From Camelus dromedarius (taxonomy: Eukaryota): DNA of 64,000 bases. This document shows, one piece after another, positions 14,600-27,549 of this stretch. Within the stretch, counting starts at the first letter, position 1, and each line of letters opens with the position of its first letter. The DNA lies in contig NC_087454.1 in the NCBI RefSeq assembly GCF_036321535.1, forward strand, positions 20,460,001 through 20,524,000, read 5' to 3'. The position numbers were made by a program, and so were the translations under genes. The notes under the pieces were generated by a model. The model made no database searches. It saw only the letters and a program-made list of their open reading frames with translations, and was not told the DNA's origin.

Positions 14600-16650
14600 A
14601 GTCCCACCCACTCACCACCCCCGCCGAGACGCTGCGCCACTGCCTGAGTCAACCTGGGGCCACAGCGGTAATTGCAGTCTTTTTATTTTGCTCTTTTCAT
14701 CTCGGGAGCGCGTACGTGGGGAGGGGAGGTGAAGATTAGCAGTCTACCGAGATTTACCAGCGTTGGCGTTTTGCAAAAACATTATTACCCGGAGTCGCTA
14801 TTACCCACCCCATCCTCCCCCCTTAGACTAGTACTTCCCAGTACCCGCCTGAAGCAGTCGTTCTCCGGAGCTGTCCTTCCGCTCCGAGTCCAGGAGGAGA
14901 CTACAGAGGTGTAAATGAGGAGCTCGCCTGGGCCAGTCCCAGGCGCCAGAGATTTAGATTACGGCCCCATCCTCGCCGTTCTGGTTTCTAAGGGGTTCGT
15001 GTGAGCCCCTAACCCCACTACCGCCACTCCATCATCATGACTCGGGCGCAAATTGGTTTTATTGGGAGATTTAGACTGGCAAAGACTTTGTAAACAGAGG
15101 GAGGGGTTCTGATAAGCAGCAAAATCCTTTTATCAAGGGAAGTGTTTTTAAATGCTAACTAAAAGCCCTAACCCAGGCACCAGGATGTCCGTAGGGGTCA
15201 GAGGCGGGGAGGTGCGGGACGCCTGGAGTTCAGAAGTTCGATTCGGGTGGGAAGGTCTGAGTAAGGAGCCGCCCACAAAGAACTCGAAATTCAGGGGGGA
15301 GGGGGATTGTGAGGGTCGCTCAGGTCGAACAACTGGTCGAATCCAAGCGAGCGTGAGTCAGCGCGGCCCTACAGGCCGTCCGTCCCCTGGTAGGGGGTGG
15401 GTCGTATATTGGCAGTGGAGTAGAGTAGGGCAAAAGAAACTGGGCCAAGCCGCACTTTTATCTCGAGGGACCTCGAGGACTCTCCGTGTCTCTGGAGACA
15501 AGGGCACTACAAGCACTTCAGGATGGAGAGTTGTAAGATGCAGGCCTGGCGCGGGCGGGCGGGCGGTTAGGGGTTGGGGGTAGGGTCTGCCCGGTCTACC
15601 TTAAGCCCTACTCTGGCGGACGACAAAATACTGAGGACTACCTTTCCCCAGTTTGTTTCCCCAGCGTCTCCCTGGGGAGAGAGCTCCGTGTTCCGTTGCG
15701 GGTCGCCTGAATTGGGAAGTAGGGTGAATCAACCGAGAAATCGGACCCCCGAGTCGCTGGTACCGCAGGGCCTGAAGAGGCCACCTCTCAGTTCCCAGGA
15801 TATGTTTGCTGCTTCTCCCTCTCTCCGCCGCTCTAAAGAGATCGCTCCGCCTATTTCCTCCCCCGCTCTTAGGGCGCAATGGATTGTTCCATTGCCCCTC
15901 CTGTCTGGGGCCTGAGTTGCGGAGGACGCTGGCACGGTTGCTAGGGAAAGCCCCGGACGTGACGGCTAAGCGCGACCCCGAGCAGCCTCCCCTCCCGGCC
16001 GTCATTCCCCTGCGCGCGTTTTCCTTACACCCTTCCCCTCCCCCACGTGGGTTCCAGGCTGGGGAGAAGTAAACAGCGGGCGGGGCGAGGCTCGCGGACC
16101 AAGGCCAGGTGGGAGTTTGCACGCTTAAAGGGGCCTGCGCTGCTGCTCAGGGGTCTTTTCTTGCGAAACCCCGGTCGTGCATGGCTAGGATGATGCATTA
16201 GGAAGATCCTGGGCCTAGAGATAAAAGTACCCGCTGAGTTGGGGGTGGGGCTTGGGTGCGCATTGGTGTGCGTCTACGTTTGTGGGGAGAGGACTGGAGG
16301 AAGTTAAAAGTAGGATATTCTGTGACAAGGTGTGGGAACCGGCAGGGGAGGCTTGATTGCCAGCCGTCTGTTCCGAAGGGAGGGGCTGTTGTCACCTCTC
16401 TCACAGGCCCCCATCTCCCTCTTCTCAGGCGGGAGCATGCCGGGGCTCCGGGGGCTGCGGCTCCCCCCGGCAGGGTTCCTGTTCCTGTTGCCATTCCTGC
16501 TGCTGCTGCTGCCCGCAGCCCCTGCGCCCCATCGGACTTCCTACAAGCCGGTCATCGTGGTACACGGGCTCTTTGACAGCTCGTACAGCTTCCGCCACCT
16601 GCTGGAATACATCAATGAGGTCTGGCAGGGGACACCCGGTTGTGGGGCTT
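14600..16650. promoter_or_regulatory. CpG-rich promoter region of PPT2 (probably bidirectional)
   Basis: High CpG density, GC boxes (gggcggg at ~15557 and ~16078), immediately upstream of the PPT2 ATG; boundaries approximate. Confidence 0.65.
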
Positions 16651-19600
16651 TGGAAGTGTCTACAGTGGCTGGGGAAGGAGAATGGGGAACTGAAAGCTGC
16701 CCTTCCGGGCCTGCCCAGTTGCTCGGGGAGAAAGTTGGGGGCCCGAGATCCCTGGTTCTAGCTGGGCACAATAGGCATATGGGTGCTGGCCAGGGGGCGG
16801 TGTGGAGGCGCTTCGTAGTTCAACCCCAGTTGCGGCATTGCCCCNNNNNNNNNNNNNNNNNNNNNNNNNNNNNNNNNNNNNNNNNNNNNNNNNNNNNNNN
16901 NNNNNNNNNNNNNNNNNNNNNNNNNNNNNNNNNNNNNNNNNNNNNNNNNNNNNNNNNNNNNNNNNNNNNNNNNNNNNNNNNNNNNNNNNNNNNNNNNNNN
17001 NNNNNNNNNNNNNNNNCCTCTCCCCACCCCAACTCCTAAGCCCTATCTGAGGCTCAATCCTTACCTAAGTGTTCTCTTTGATGAATCACCTTCCTCCAGC
17101 CAAATCCCTGGTACTCGAGCCCTCCTTTTCTGACCTCCTTCTGCACCTAGGTCTTATCTCTCTGTGTGACCTCCCTGCACTGCTGCCCCTTTCTTTATCC
17201 ATTACCCATCGGTCTTGGACATAAGGGACAGTGGGACAGTAAAGAGCACCCTAGAGTTAGTCAGAAGCCCCAGCATGGAATTCTGGCTCTGTCTCTTACA
17301 AGATGGGGGATGTTTTGACAGGGTGTGCTTGCCTCCTTCGGGCCAGGTTTCCTTTATGTACATTGTGTGTGTCGGGGGGCCGGTGGAATGGGGGGACTGT
17401 TGGCCTGGCAGTCCCTAAGTCCCTCCCAATGTTGTGTTCCGCCGCCAGGGGGCCTCGTGTGCCGGGCACTGCTCTCAGTGATGGATGAACACAATGTGGA
17501 TTCTTTCATCTCCCTCTCCTCTCCACAGATGGGACAGTATGGAGGTGAGTGGGCACTTGCGGGCTCCATAAGGGGGCCCTGAGTTTTGTGAGTACAAATG
17601 TTTGGGGTCACTTGGCCCTGCTGTTCTCTCGCCAGACACGGACTATTTGAAGTGGCTGTTCCCCACCTCCATGAGGTCTAACCTCTACCGGATCTGCTAT
17701 AGCCCCTGGGGCCAGGAATTCTCCATCTGCAACTACTGGCACGGTGAGTAAGGCATGCCAAATGGAGGCCTCCATGGAAAGGGCATCCTGGAGGGTAGGG
17801 CCTGCTGTTCCCACCTGTGCCATAACCAGCAGCAGTGATAATAATGATGGTGGCTTACATTTACTGAGCACTTACTGTGTGAACCTGCACTGTTTAAAAC
17901 GTTTTATGTGTATCACCTTACTGCCTTAGCCAAATCTGGTGCAGGGGTTGGCAGACTTTGTCCTTAAAGGGCCAGATGGTAAATATTTTTAGTTTTGCAG
18001 GCCATCCAGTCTCCACCACAACCACTCAGTTCTGCTGCAGTAGTGTAAAAGTGGCCATAGACCATATGTAGATGAATGAGTGTGTCTCTGTTCCAATAAA
18101 AAGTTATTTACAGAAACAAACGGTGAACTGGATTTGGCTAATGAGTCATAGTTTGCAAATGCCTCGTATAGTTTTTAAGACCATGGATACTGGGTCCAGA
18201 CTTCTTGGGTTGGAAGCCTGGCCCTGCTGGGTGACTTTGAGCAAGTTTCTCAGGCTTTCTGTGACTCAATTTTCCTCATTTATAATGATGACATTTATAT
18301 ATCCTCATCTAAAATAATGATATAGTGCATACCCTTATAGGGTAGATATGGATTAAATAAACGAATGAATGTAATGTACTTTGAATAGTATCTGGCTCAT
18401 GGTAGGTGCTAGATGAAGATGTTTGCTAGCATGTTTACAATTACTATTATTGATACCATTGTATTACTATTCACCTTGTCTATTACTGTAGCCTCTTGAT
18501 TGTTCTTTTAGCCTCTGGTCTTGCCTCCTCTCCCTGCTTCTGACTGTCTTTCTAACTGCTGTTTGTACCCAGACCCCCACCATGATGACTTGTACCTCAA
18601 TGCCAGCAGCTTCCTGGCCCTGATCAATGGAGAAAGAGACCATCCCAATGCCACTGGTGAGACCCTGGGCTCCTACCTGGGACCCATTTTCTGCTTCTCT
18701 GAGCCCCGATGTTCCCCTTTCCAACCTGGCCTGACCCCTATGACTGACTAAGGCTCTCTTCTTCCCACCCTGCAGTGTGGCGGAAGAACTTTCTTCGTGT
18801 GGGCCGCCTGGTGCTGATTGGGGGCCCTGATGATGGTGTCATTACCCCCTGGCAATCCAGGTAATAAGAGACTGTGTGGCTTGAACATTGCCTCAGGACA
18901 CCCCCAGGCCTCATCAATCTTTTATATGTTTTCTGAAACTGGCTCACTCCTCCCACTCTCTGTTGAGTTAATACCCCCACCCTCCATCCGTCTTGTTACC
19001 CAAGACCAAAACCTGGGAGTCATCTCCCAGCCTCTCATAGCTAGCCGGTCACTAAACCCTGCTGACTGTACTGCCTCTCCATCCCTACTATCCCCCCTTG
19101 TAAAAACTTTTAACTTTAAAATATTTACAGGCTCATAGGAAGTTGCAGAGATAGTTTAGAGAGGTCCTGTGTAGCCTTTGCTCAGTTTCCCCCAGTGGTT
19201 GCCGCCTATGTAACTATAGCGCAATATCAAAACCAGGAAATGGACTTTGGTAGAATATGCGTATATAGTTCCATGCCATTTAATCACATTTCCTACCATC
19301 TCTTTTACTTACCTGGACTATGTCCCCTCTATCCTATTCCTCAGGAAAAGCCAGAGCTCCTGGTACTATGTGGCTGCCTCTGATCATCATGACTGATCTG
19401 AAATGTCACCTGATCTACTTTAGTCACTCAACACTCATTGAACACTGTGCCCAGGCATTTTCCTAGGCCCTGGGGATGCTCCCATAAATGAAAGAGAAGT
19501 CCATACAGTCTAGTGGGGGAGACAGATAATAAATGTAAATATATATGCCAGGTGGTGATAAAGTAAGATAAGGGAAGGGATTAGAGTATGACTGGGGCCT

Positions 19601-22171
19601 ATTTTATTTTATTAAAAAATTTTTGGGGGGGGGGATTAGGTTTATTTATTTATTTATTTGTAATTAGGTTTATTTATTTTTAACAGAGGTACTAGGGATT
19701 GAACCCAGGACCTCATGCATGCTAAGCAAGTGGTCTACCGCAGAGCTATACCCTCACCCGACAGGGGCCTTTTTAAGATAGTGGCCAGAGAAGTCTTTCT
19801 GGGAGATTTGCCATTTGAGCAGAAGGAAGTGAGGGAAGGAGTTGTTCAACAACCTGGGGGAAGAACAACCCAGGGAAGATGAATAGCACCTGCAAAGGCC
19901 CTGGGGCAGGTGTGAGGAGTTAAGGAGGCCCCTGTGCCTAGAATGCAGGGAAGTGTGAAGAGCAGGTGGGAGGTACAGGGAGCTAGTTACAGAGAGCCTC
20001 TGTAGGGCAAAGTAAGGCCCCCCCTTTTTTTTTTTCCCTAAAATATACATAGTATAAAATTTACTCTTTTTGAGTGTATAGTTCAGTGGCATCAAGTCTG
20101 TTCACGTTCTTTTTTAAAAATTAAAAAAATGTCTTAAATATGGGATGCTTCACAAATTTGCATGTCATCCTTGCGCAGGGGTCATGCTAATCGTCTGTCT
20201 CTGTATCGTTCCAGTCTTGGTATATGTGCTGCTGAAGCAAGCACCCACTCACAATCTTATGTAGCCATCACCACTATCTCAAGAACTTTTTTTTTCTTCC
20301 CAAACTGAAACCTCAAACCCTTTAAATGCATCCCTGCTTCTCCCTGGCTCCTGCCAACCATGGCCCTTGATTTTTTTTTTTTTTTTAAATTCTAAGTGAG
20401 ATGGGAACATCTTGGAGGATTTTGAGTGAAGGAGTAACATTCCTTATAAAGGTTAGAGATGGGATTTCTTTTTATCTCATTTCACATCTACTAGAATCCT
20501 ATGTAAATAATAATGGCTCAAGGTTATATAGCACCTTTATGTCCCAAAGCATTATTCTAAGTACTTTTCAAATAACATTTATACATGCATAGAGTTAGTA
20601 AGTGGTGAGGTCAGGCTGTGTGACTTAACCACAGTGTTTTAGTTCCTGTCTACAAAGGAGGTATTATAGGGCAAAGAAGACCAGCAGCATGATCAACCAC
20701 ACACAGCGGGGAGCGTGTGGCAGAGCTGGAGTTCAAATCCAGGTCTTTGTGCCCCTACTGCTCTCCTACACTTTATGAGATCCAGCCCTCCAACCCAGCA
20801 CCTCCATGTACCCAGCTGTGTCTTACCTCTGTGCCATTGCTTTTGCTGTTCCATTTGCCTGGGACAGCCTTCCCTAGTCCAAGGTCATTGCTGGGAAGCC
20901 TTTGTTGATGCTCTAAAACTAGGGTAGTGACCTCTCCTCTTTGTTCCCATAACCCACTGGACTTAACACTATTAGATATTTCTTTAGTTATCCTTGGTCA
21001 GTGTCCACGCCAGTTAAATCTTCTTAATTTAAAGAATGTTAAGACCTTTATATTTTGAAATATCATACTTAAGAAGTTGCCAAAGTAGTACAAAGCAGTC
21101 TTGTATATCTTCACCTAGATTTCCCCAAATGTTAACATTTTGCCAAGTTTACATTACATTACCCCACCCCCCATATATATATGGAGGATGTGTATGAACC
21201 ATTTGAGAGTAGATTGCAGACACAATATCTCTTTCCCTTAAAACTTCAATATGTCCATGTCTCTTTCCTATATACAGGACATTTCTTTTATGTATCCACA
21301 ATATAATGATCAAAATCAGGAAATGAACATTGATACAGTACTCTGGAGACCTTATTCAAGAATCTCTCCATTGTCCTTATAGAAAAAAATGTCCAGTGCA
21401 AAATCCAACCCATGATCACGTGTTGCCTTTACTTGTCTCTTTTGCCTCTTTTAATCCGGAAAGCTCCCTCAGTCTCTGGCCATGACATTGATATTTCTGA
21501 AGCATATGAGCTGGCTATTTTATAGAATGTCCCTCAGTTTGGGTTTGTTGGCTAGTTTGTCATGATTAGATTCAGGGTATGCATTTTTGATGGGAATTCT
21601 GCAGAAGCGATGCTGTATCCTCAGTGCATCACCTTATGAGGTACATGATACCCAGTTAAATATTTTGAGTGTCCTCCTTGCTGCCCATGTCCCCAACAGG
21701 CCACGCGTTCCTGAAGGACCCTAGCCCACCTTGATTTTCTCCATCTCTCCTGATAACCTTCTCCTCCTTACCCTCCAATCTCTTTGTAGCTTCTTTGGTT
21801 TCTATGATGCAAACGAGACGGTCTTGGAGATGGAAGAGCAACTGGTGAGTCCCCTGGAGTTACTTCCCCTTTCTGCATGCACTGTCCCATCTCAGTCTGT
21901 GGCCCTCCCTGCCACTGACATGTGAGCTGAAGGGTTCACCCTGTGGGGAAGGGGTCTGGGACACCAGCAGGAACTCACTTTGTCTCTCCCTGTGTCTTTC
22001 TTCCATGTCCCTTCACCCTCCTTGAAGGTTTATCTGCATGATTCTTTTGGGTTGAAGACTCTCTTGGCCCGGGGGGCCATAGTGAGGTGTCCGATGGCTG
22101 GGATCTCCCACACGGTCTGGCACTCCAACCGTACCCTCTATGAGACCTGCATTGAACCTTGGCTCTCCTAA
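16437..22171 (+). CDS. PPT2: Lysosomal palmitoyl-protein thioesterase 2, ~302 aa
   Basis: Coding exons 16437-16619, one exon hidden in N-run 16845-17016 (expected ~154 nt), 17449-17544, 17636-17743, 18573-18656, 18776-18860, 21790-21844, 22028-22171; signal peptide, [26 protein letters not shown] (catalytic Asp), GISHT (catalytic His), ends CIEPWLS*. Confidence 0.96.
17942..18165 (+). mobile_element. MER58A hAT DNA transposon
   Basis: caggggttggcagact..taaagggccagatggtaaatattttt...gttccaataaaa..ttatttaca...ggatttggc...catagtttgc matches the MER58A pattern. Confidence 0.8.
18170..18440 (+). mobile_element. MIR SINE
   Basis: ctgggtgactttgagcaagtttctcagg..tctgtgactcaattttcctcatttataatg...gtatctggctcatggtaggtgct MIR core. 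Confidence 0.65.
19601..19763 (-). mobile_element. tRNA-Ala-derived SINE (vic-1-like)
   Basis: Reverse complement gagggtatagctctgcggtagaccacttgcttagcatgcatgaggtcctgggttcaatccctagtacctctg with (taaa)n tail; ggggcct duplicated at 19594-19600 and 19764-19770. Confidence 0.85.
20136..20244 (-). pseudogene. Full-length U6 snRNA retrocopy
   Basis: Reverse complement GTGCTTGCTTCAGCAGCACATATACCAAGACTGGAACGATACAGAGACAGACGATTAGCATGACCCCTGCGCAAGGATGACATGCAAATTTGTGAAGCATCCCATATTT aligns end to end with U6; several substitutions and a net 4-nt insertion after ACAGAGA. Confidence 0.92.
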
Positions 22172-22821
22172 GGGGTCCCTCAGGAACTCCTCAGCCCAGA
22201 GACCAAGTGGTAGCCTTGGACATCAGGCCCTAGTGTGCCTGTGACCACCTCATCGCTCCCACACTGCCCCCCTCCAACCAGGGCTCCCAGGCCCCCTTCC
22301 CTGCACCTCTGTGAATGACAAGTCCTGGTCTCCTCCATCTCTTCTCTCATTTGGGGGTTGCTCCATGCTCTCCCATCCTCCCAAGCCGAGGTTGGGAAGT
22401 GAGAAACCAGGTTTTTAACTTGTGGCTGCTCCTACTGCTGCTGCTCCCCCGTCTCTGGCCGTACAGGAGGAGAACCCAGCCCCTGCCCACCACAGGGGCC
22501 TCCTTCCAGGCCACTCAGGATATTTTTAGCTTCTGTTTTCCCTATATTCTCTTTTCTCTGAACTCCCCTGTGGTCAGCCCTCCCAAGCCCCAGGAAGGAC
22601 CACCCATGAGAGTGGGGTTCTGAGGCTCCCCTATGGGGACGGTTCCGTTCTTGAAGTGTCAGTGCTGGGGAATATCTGTGGCCTGTGAGGCCCATCTCAG
22701 GTTTGGGGATCCCCCAGTCCCTATGTTCAGTATTGGGGTGCCCTCTGGGAGCCTAGTTTCTTTGAGGCTCCAGCCCCTCTTTTAGCTATCCTTGAATGGG
22801 TGTTACCCCTATATTTATGGA

Positions 22822-22827
22822 AATAAA
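22822..22827 (+). terminator. PPT2 polyadenylation signal AATAAA
   Basis: ggaaataaagtttc ~650 nt after the stop, followed by a GT-rich element. Confidence 0.8.
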
Positions 22828-24314
22828 GTTTCATTTACTCAGTGTGGCTTGACTCATTTCCAGGTGAGGAGGACCCGACTCCTAGGGAGGGTGGGGATGG
22901 AGAGCCTGAGGCGTAGGTGCCCGGATGCCTGGTCTGGGGTGGGACCCCCTTGGTGTTTCCGCTCACTCAATGCCCATTCTGTGTGGGTTCCTGATTCTCT
23001 GTGGGGTCTTTCCTGCTGAGGACAATTCTCTTCCTGTCCCAGCCTATGATTGGGGGGCTGAGCCCAGGGCTCCAGTGGTTTGTGCCCCAGCCTCATGGGT
23101 GGAATGTGCTGGCCACCCCCAGGCTAGACGAGGGGGCTGAGGGTCAGGGTGGGCATTTGTTGCGCCCCTTTTCGACCTTTGTAGGCCAGAGCCGGGTGAG
23201 GGGCTGGACAATGAGCCTCCTCTTCCTTGAAAGAAGGAATCTTGGTGGAGACAATAAGGCCCTGTCTGCCCTGGCATGGGGGTGGTGGCTGACTCAACTC
23301 TGCACCCTTCCCCAGGCACTAACAAATGTCATCAAGAAATAGGGGCAATTTTCCCCTTAGTTCCCTGGGCAGCCCCCCTCCCACCCTGCTTTGTGGTGTC
23401 TTGCCCTTCTTTCTTTCCTCAGCCTATCTCGCCTTTCTCCCATGACCGGACCCCACTTTGTTCTCTGCCAGCTCTGCCTATCCCTGCCCCTCCAGTACTT
23501 CCCCAGCCTGTGTTGGGTTGAAGGGTGGGGGGCAAGGGCCAAGGATACTGCTGGTGTTATAAAGCCAGTAGCTTCTGCTGATTTGGAGGGCTGGTCCAGA
23601 AATAAGGGGCCTCAGAGGGTTGAGAAGAGACTTCTAGTGGACCCTTTGCTCAGCTGTGGGTGAAGGTGGTGGGATTTGGACCCCACTGAACTCACTGCGC
23701 TCCAGCGATGGAGGAAGCTTGTGGGAGGGGGCAGGATTGGGAGGGCTCTGTCTGGCCCCGCCCCTCTCCTTTGCAGCCCGCCTGGCCCGCCACCAGTCTG
23801 AGTTGCTGCTGAGGCTGGTTGTCCTGAAGTCTCCCAAGAAAGGGAAAGACAGGTGGGGAGAGAATGTCAATGGGGAAAGAGTAGGGGGTCACTCAGAGTC
23901 TTAGAGTGAGTGTGAGTTGGGGGGTGTTGTCTGAGTAAGGGGAGTGGGTCCAGGGTGTGTGTGGTGGTGTGGGTGTGTGAGGGTAGCAGGAATGTGTTTA
24001 AGGCGGTGTGTACAGGTGTATGGGTTTGTGTACAAGTTGTGAAGGGGTGACTATTTGAGACTTTGAAAGTAGGAAGATTAGAAGAGGGCAGGTGCAAGAC
24101 AGGGCCATGAAGGGAGGTGGAGGGTGCGTGTCGTGGTGTGAGCTTGTATGATGCCGCATGGACGATGATGTGCTAAAGGAAGGGGTGGTGGTAAATGTAC
24201 ATGCAGGTGTGCAAATGTATGTCCTGGCCCCCTTAAAGGGAACCTGCAGACTGACTGCTCTTGTAAGGGCCAGCACTGGAGAAGTTAACAGGAGAGGGAA
24301 AGGGCCTCCATTAA

Positions 24315-26242
<1,928 letters not shown>

Positions 26243-26507
26243 GGAGCCTCTGCAGAGCCCCTGCCCCCCTAATTTATACAGAAACTGGACCCACTAATCC
26301 TCCAAGATTTGCGGCTGGGGAGCTGCAGATAAGGTCATCTGACATTAAGGAGCAACGAACAATGGAAACTTTGGAAAGCGGAAGAGAGAAGGCAGGCAGG
26401 TTGTCTTGGCCTGCCGAGTCTTCCGGCTGGGGCAGATGCCTGGGTGAGAACTGCTTTTTTAACTCTTTAACAAACACAGCCAGAAAGTGCCCATTTCGCT
26501 CTCAATC

Positions 26508-26548
26508 TTTATTCTTGGTTTCTTGCTGTTACCCAGATAATTAATAAA
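26508..26548. terminator. Opposed polyA signals: AGPAT1 AATAAA (minus, 26508-26513) and EGFL8 AATAAA (plus, 26543-26548)
   Basis: tttatt and aataaa read directly in the sequence. Confidence 0.8.
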
Positions 26549-27549
26549 AATCAATCACGCAAAACTGGGTCCCAGCCTCTCCTTTTGCTCCCAGCCCACC
26601 TCCCCAGTTGCGGGCACAGGTCTGGGGTGGGGGGGCTGAAAGTGGCTAATGCCACAGGGAGGAAATGAAAACTGGCTCAGAGAGGGGAAGCCCCAAAAGA
26701 AAGAGAAATAAATTAAAAGCCTTCCCATCCCCTCCAGCCAGGGTTCAGTTCCTTTCTCCAACACCCCAGGGAGACACGAAAGCAGCATTGACATCTGTCT
26801 CCTCCCGTGTCTGGTTAGAATGGTACAGAGGGGCTGCAGGGGGCTGGGTGGGGCCAGGACCACTGAAGAATGTACCAAGAGGATGAGGGGAAGCAGAAAT
26901 GTGGAGAGCAAACTGGCCTCCAAGAGTGTGCTCAACCCTGGACACCTGGACACGGGCAGGGATGAGACCTCTGAGTGAGAAAAGTCCAGCCTCCACAGAC
27001 AGGAGGCTCCATAGGAGGGAGGGTGAAGGTGCTGAGGAATGTTCCCAGTACAAGCCTGAGAGGAATGTTCCAGGCATCGGCTTCCAGCCAGTGTGAGGAG
27101 TCCTCACAAATGGATGAGTCCACTAAATCCATGGACTTCTGGACTTGGGGGTGAGGAATTGTTCCACAGAACAGATGAGTCCACTGGCCAATGTGGGGTG
27201 GAGAGGGAGAGAGGACCACAAAGGACGAGGGTCCACTGGGGACAGGATGGAGTGTTCCTACCCTGGTGTAGACTGAGCCACTGGAGATGAGGGGGAGGCA
27301 ACTGTCCCACACACAAGATGGCACAGAAGGTGGGGGTCAGAGGGGAGATTGCACCTAGGCAAGAGAGTCCGTGGTGGGGCTGGGAAGGGGGCAGGGGGGG
27401 GTGCTATAACCACGTTCACTTCAAAAGTTGAAGACTCCAAAGAGGAGAACAAGTGGGGAGGAGGGGAAATGAGGAACAGGGCTTGGCCTGGTTTCAGGCC
27501 CACTGGGCTGGTAGGTGTGGAGAAGGTGGGGGGTAGCCGGGAGGGGAGC

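Larger units (their letters stand above)
19090..21640 (-). mobile_element. Cluster of old L1M (L1MB/MC/ME-like) 3' UTR fragments and L2 pieces in the long PPT2 intron
   Basis: Segments ~19090-19290, ~20035-20330 and ~21020-21640 resemble antisense L1M 3' ends (ttcagtggcat..catcaccactatct; gttaacattttgcca; atcaaaatcaggaaat..acattgataca). Confidence 0.55.

Noticed and set aside
15236-15244. B-box-like GTTCGATTC upstream of PPT2
   Set aside because: No A box or tRNA fold nearby; a single 9-mer is insufficient
15601-16122. 173-aa minus-strand ORF in the PPT2 promoter
   Set aside because: Non-ATG start inside a CpG island, low complexity, no homology recognised
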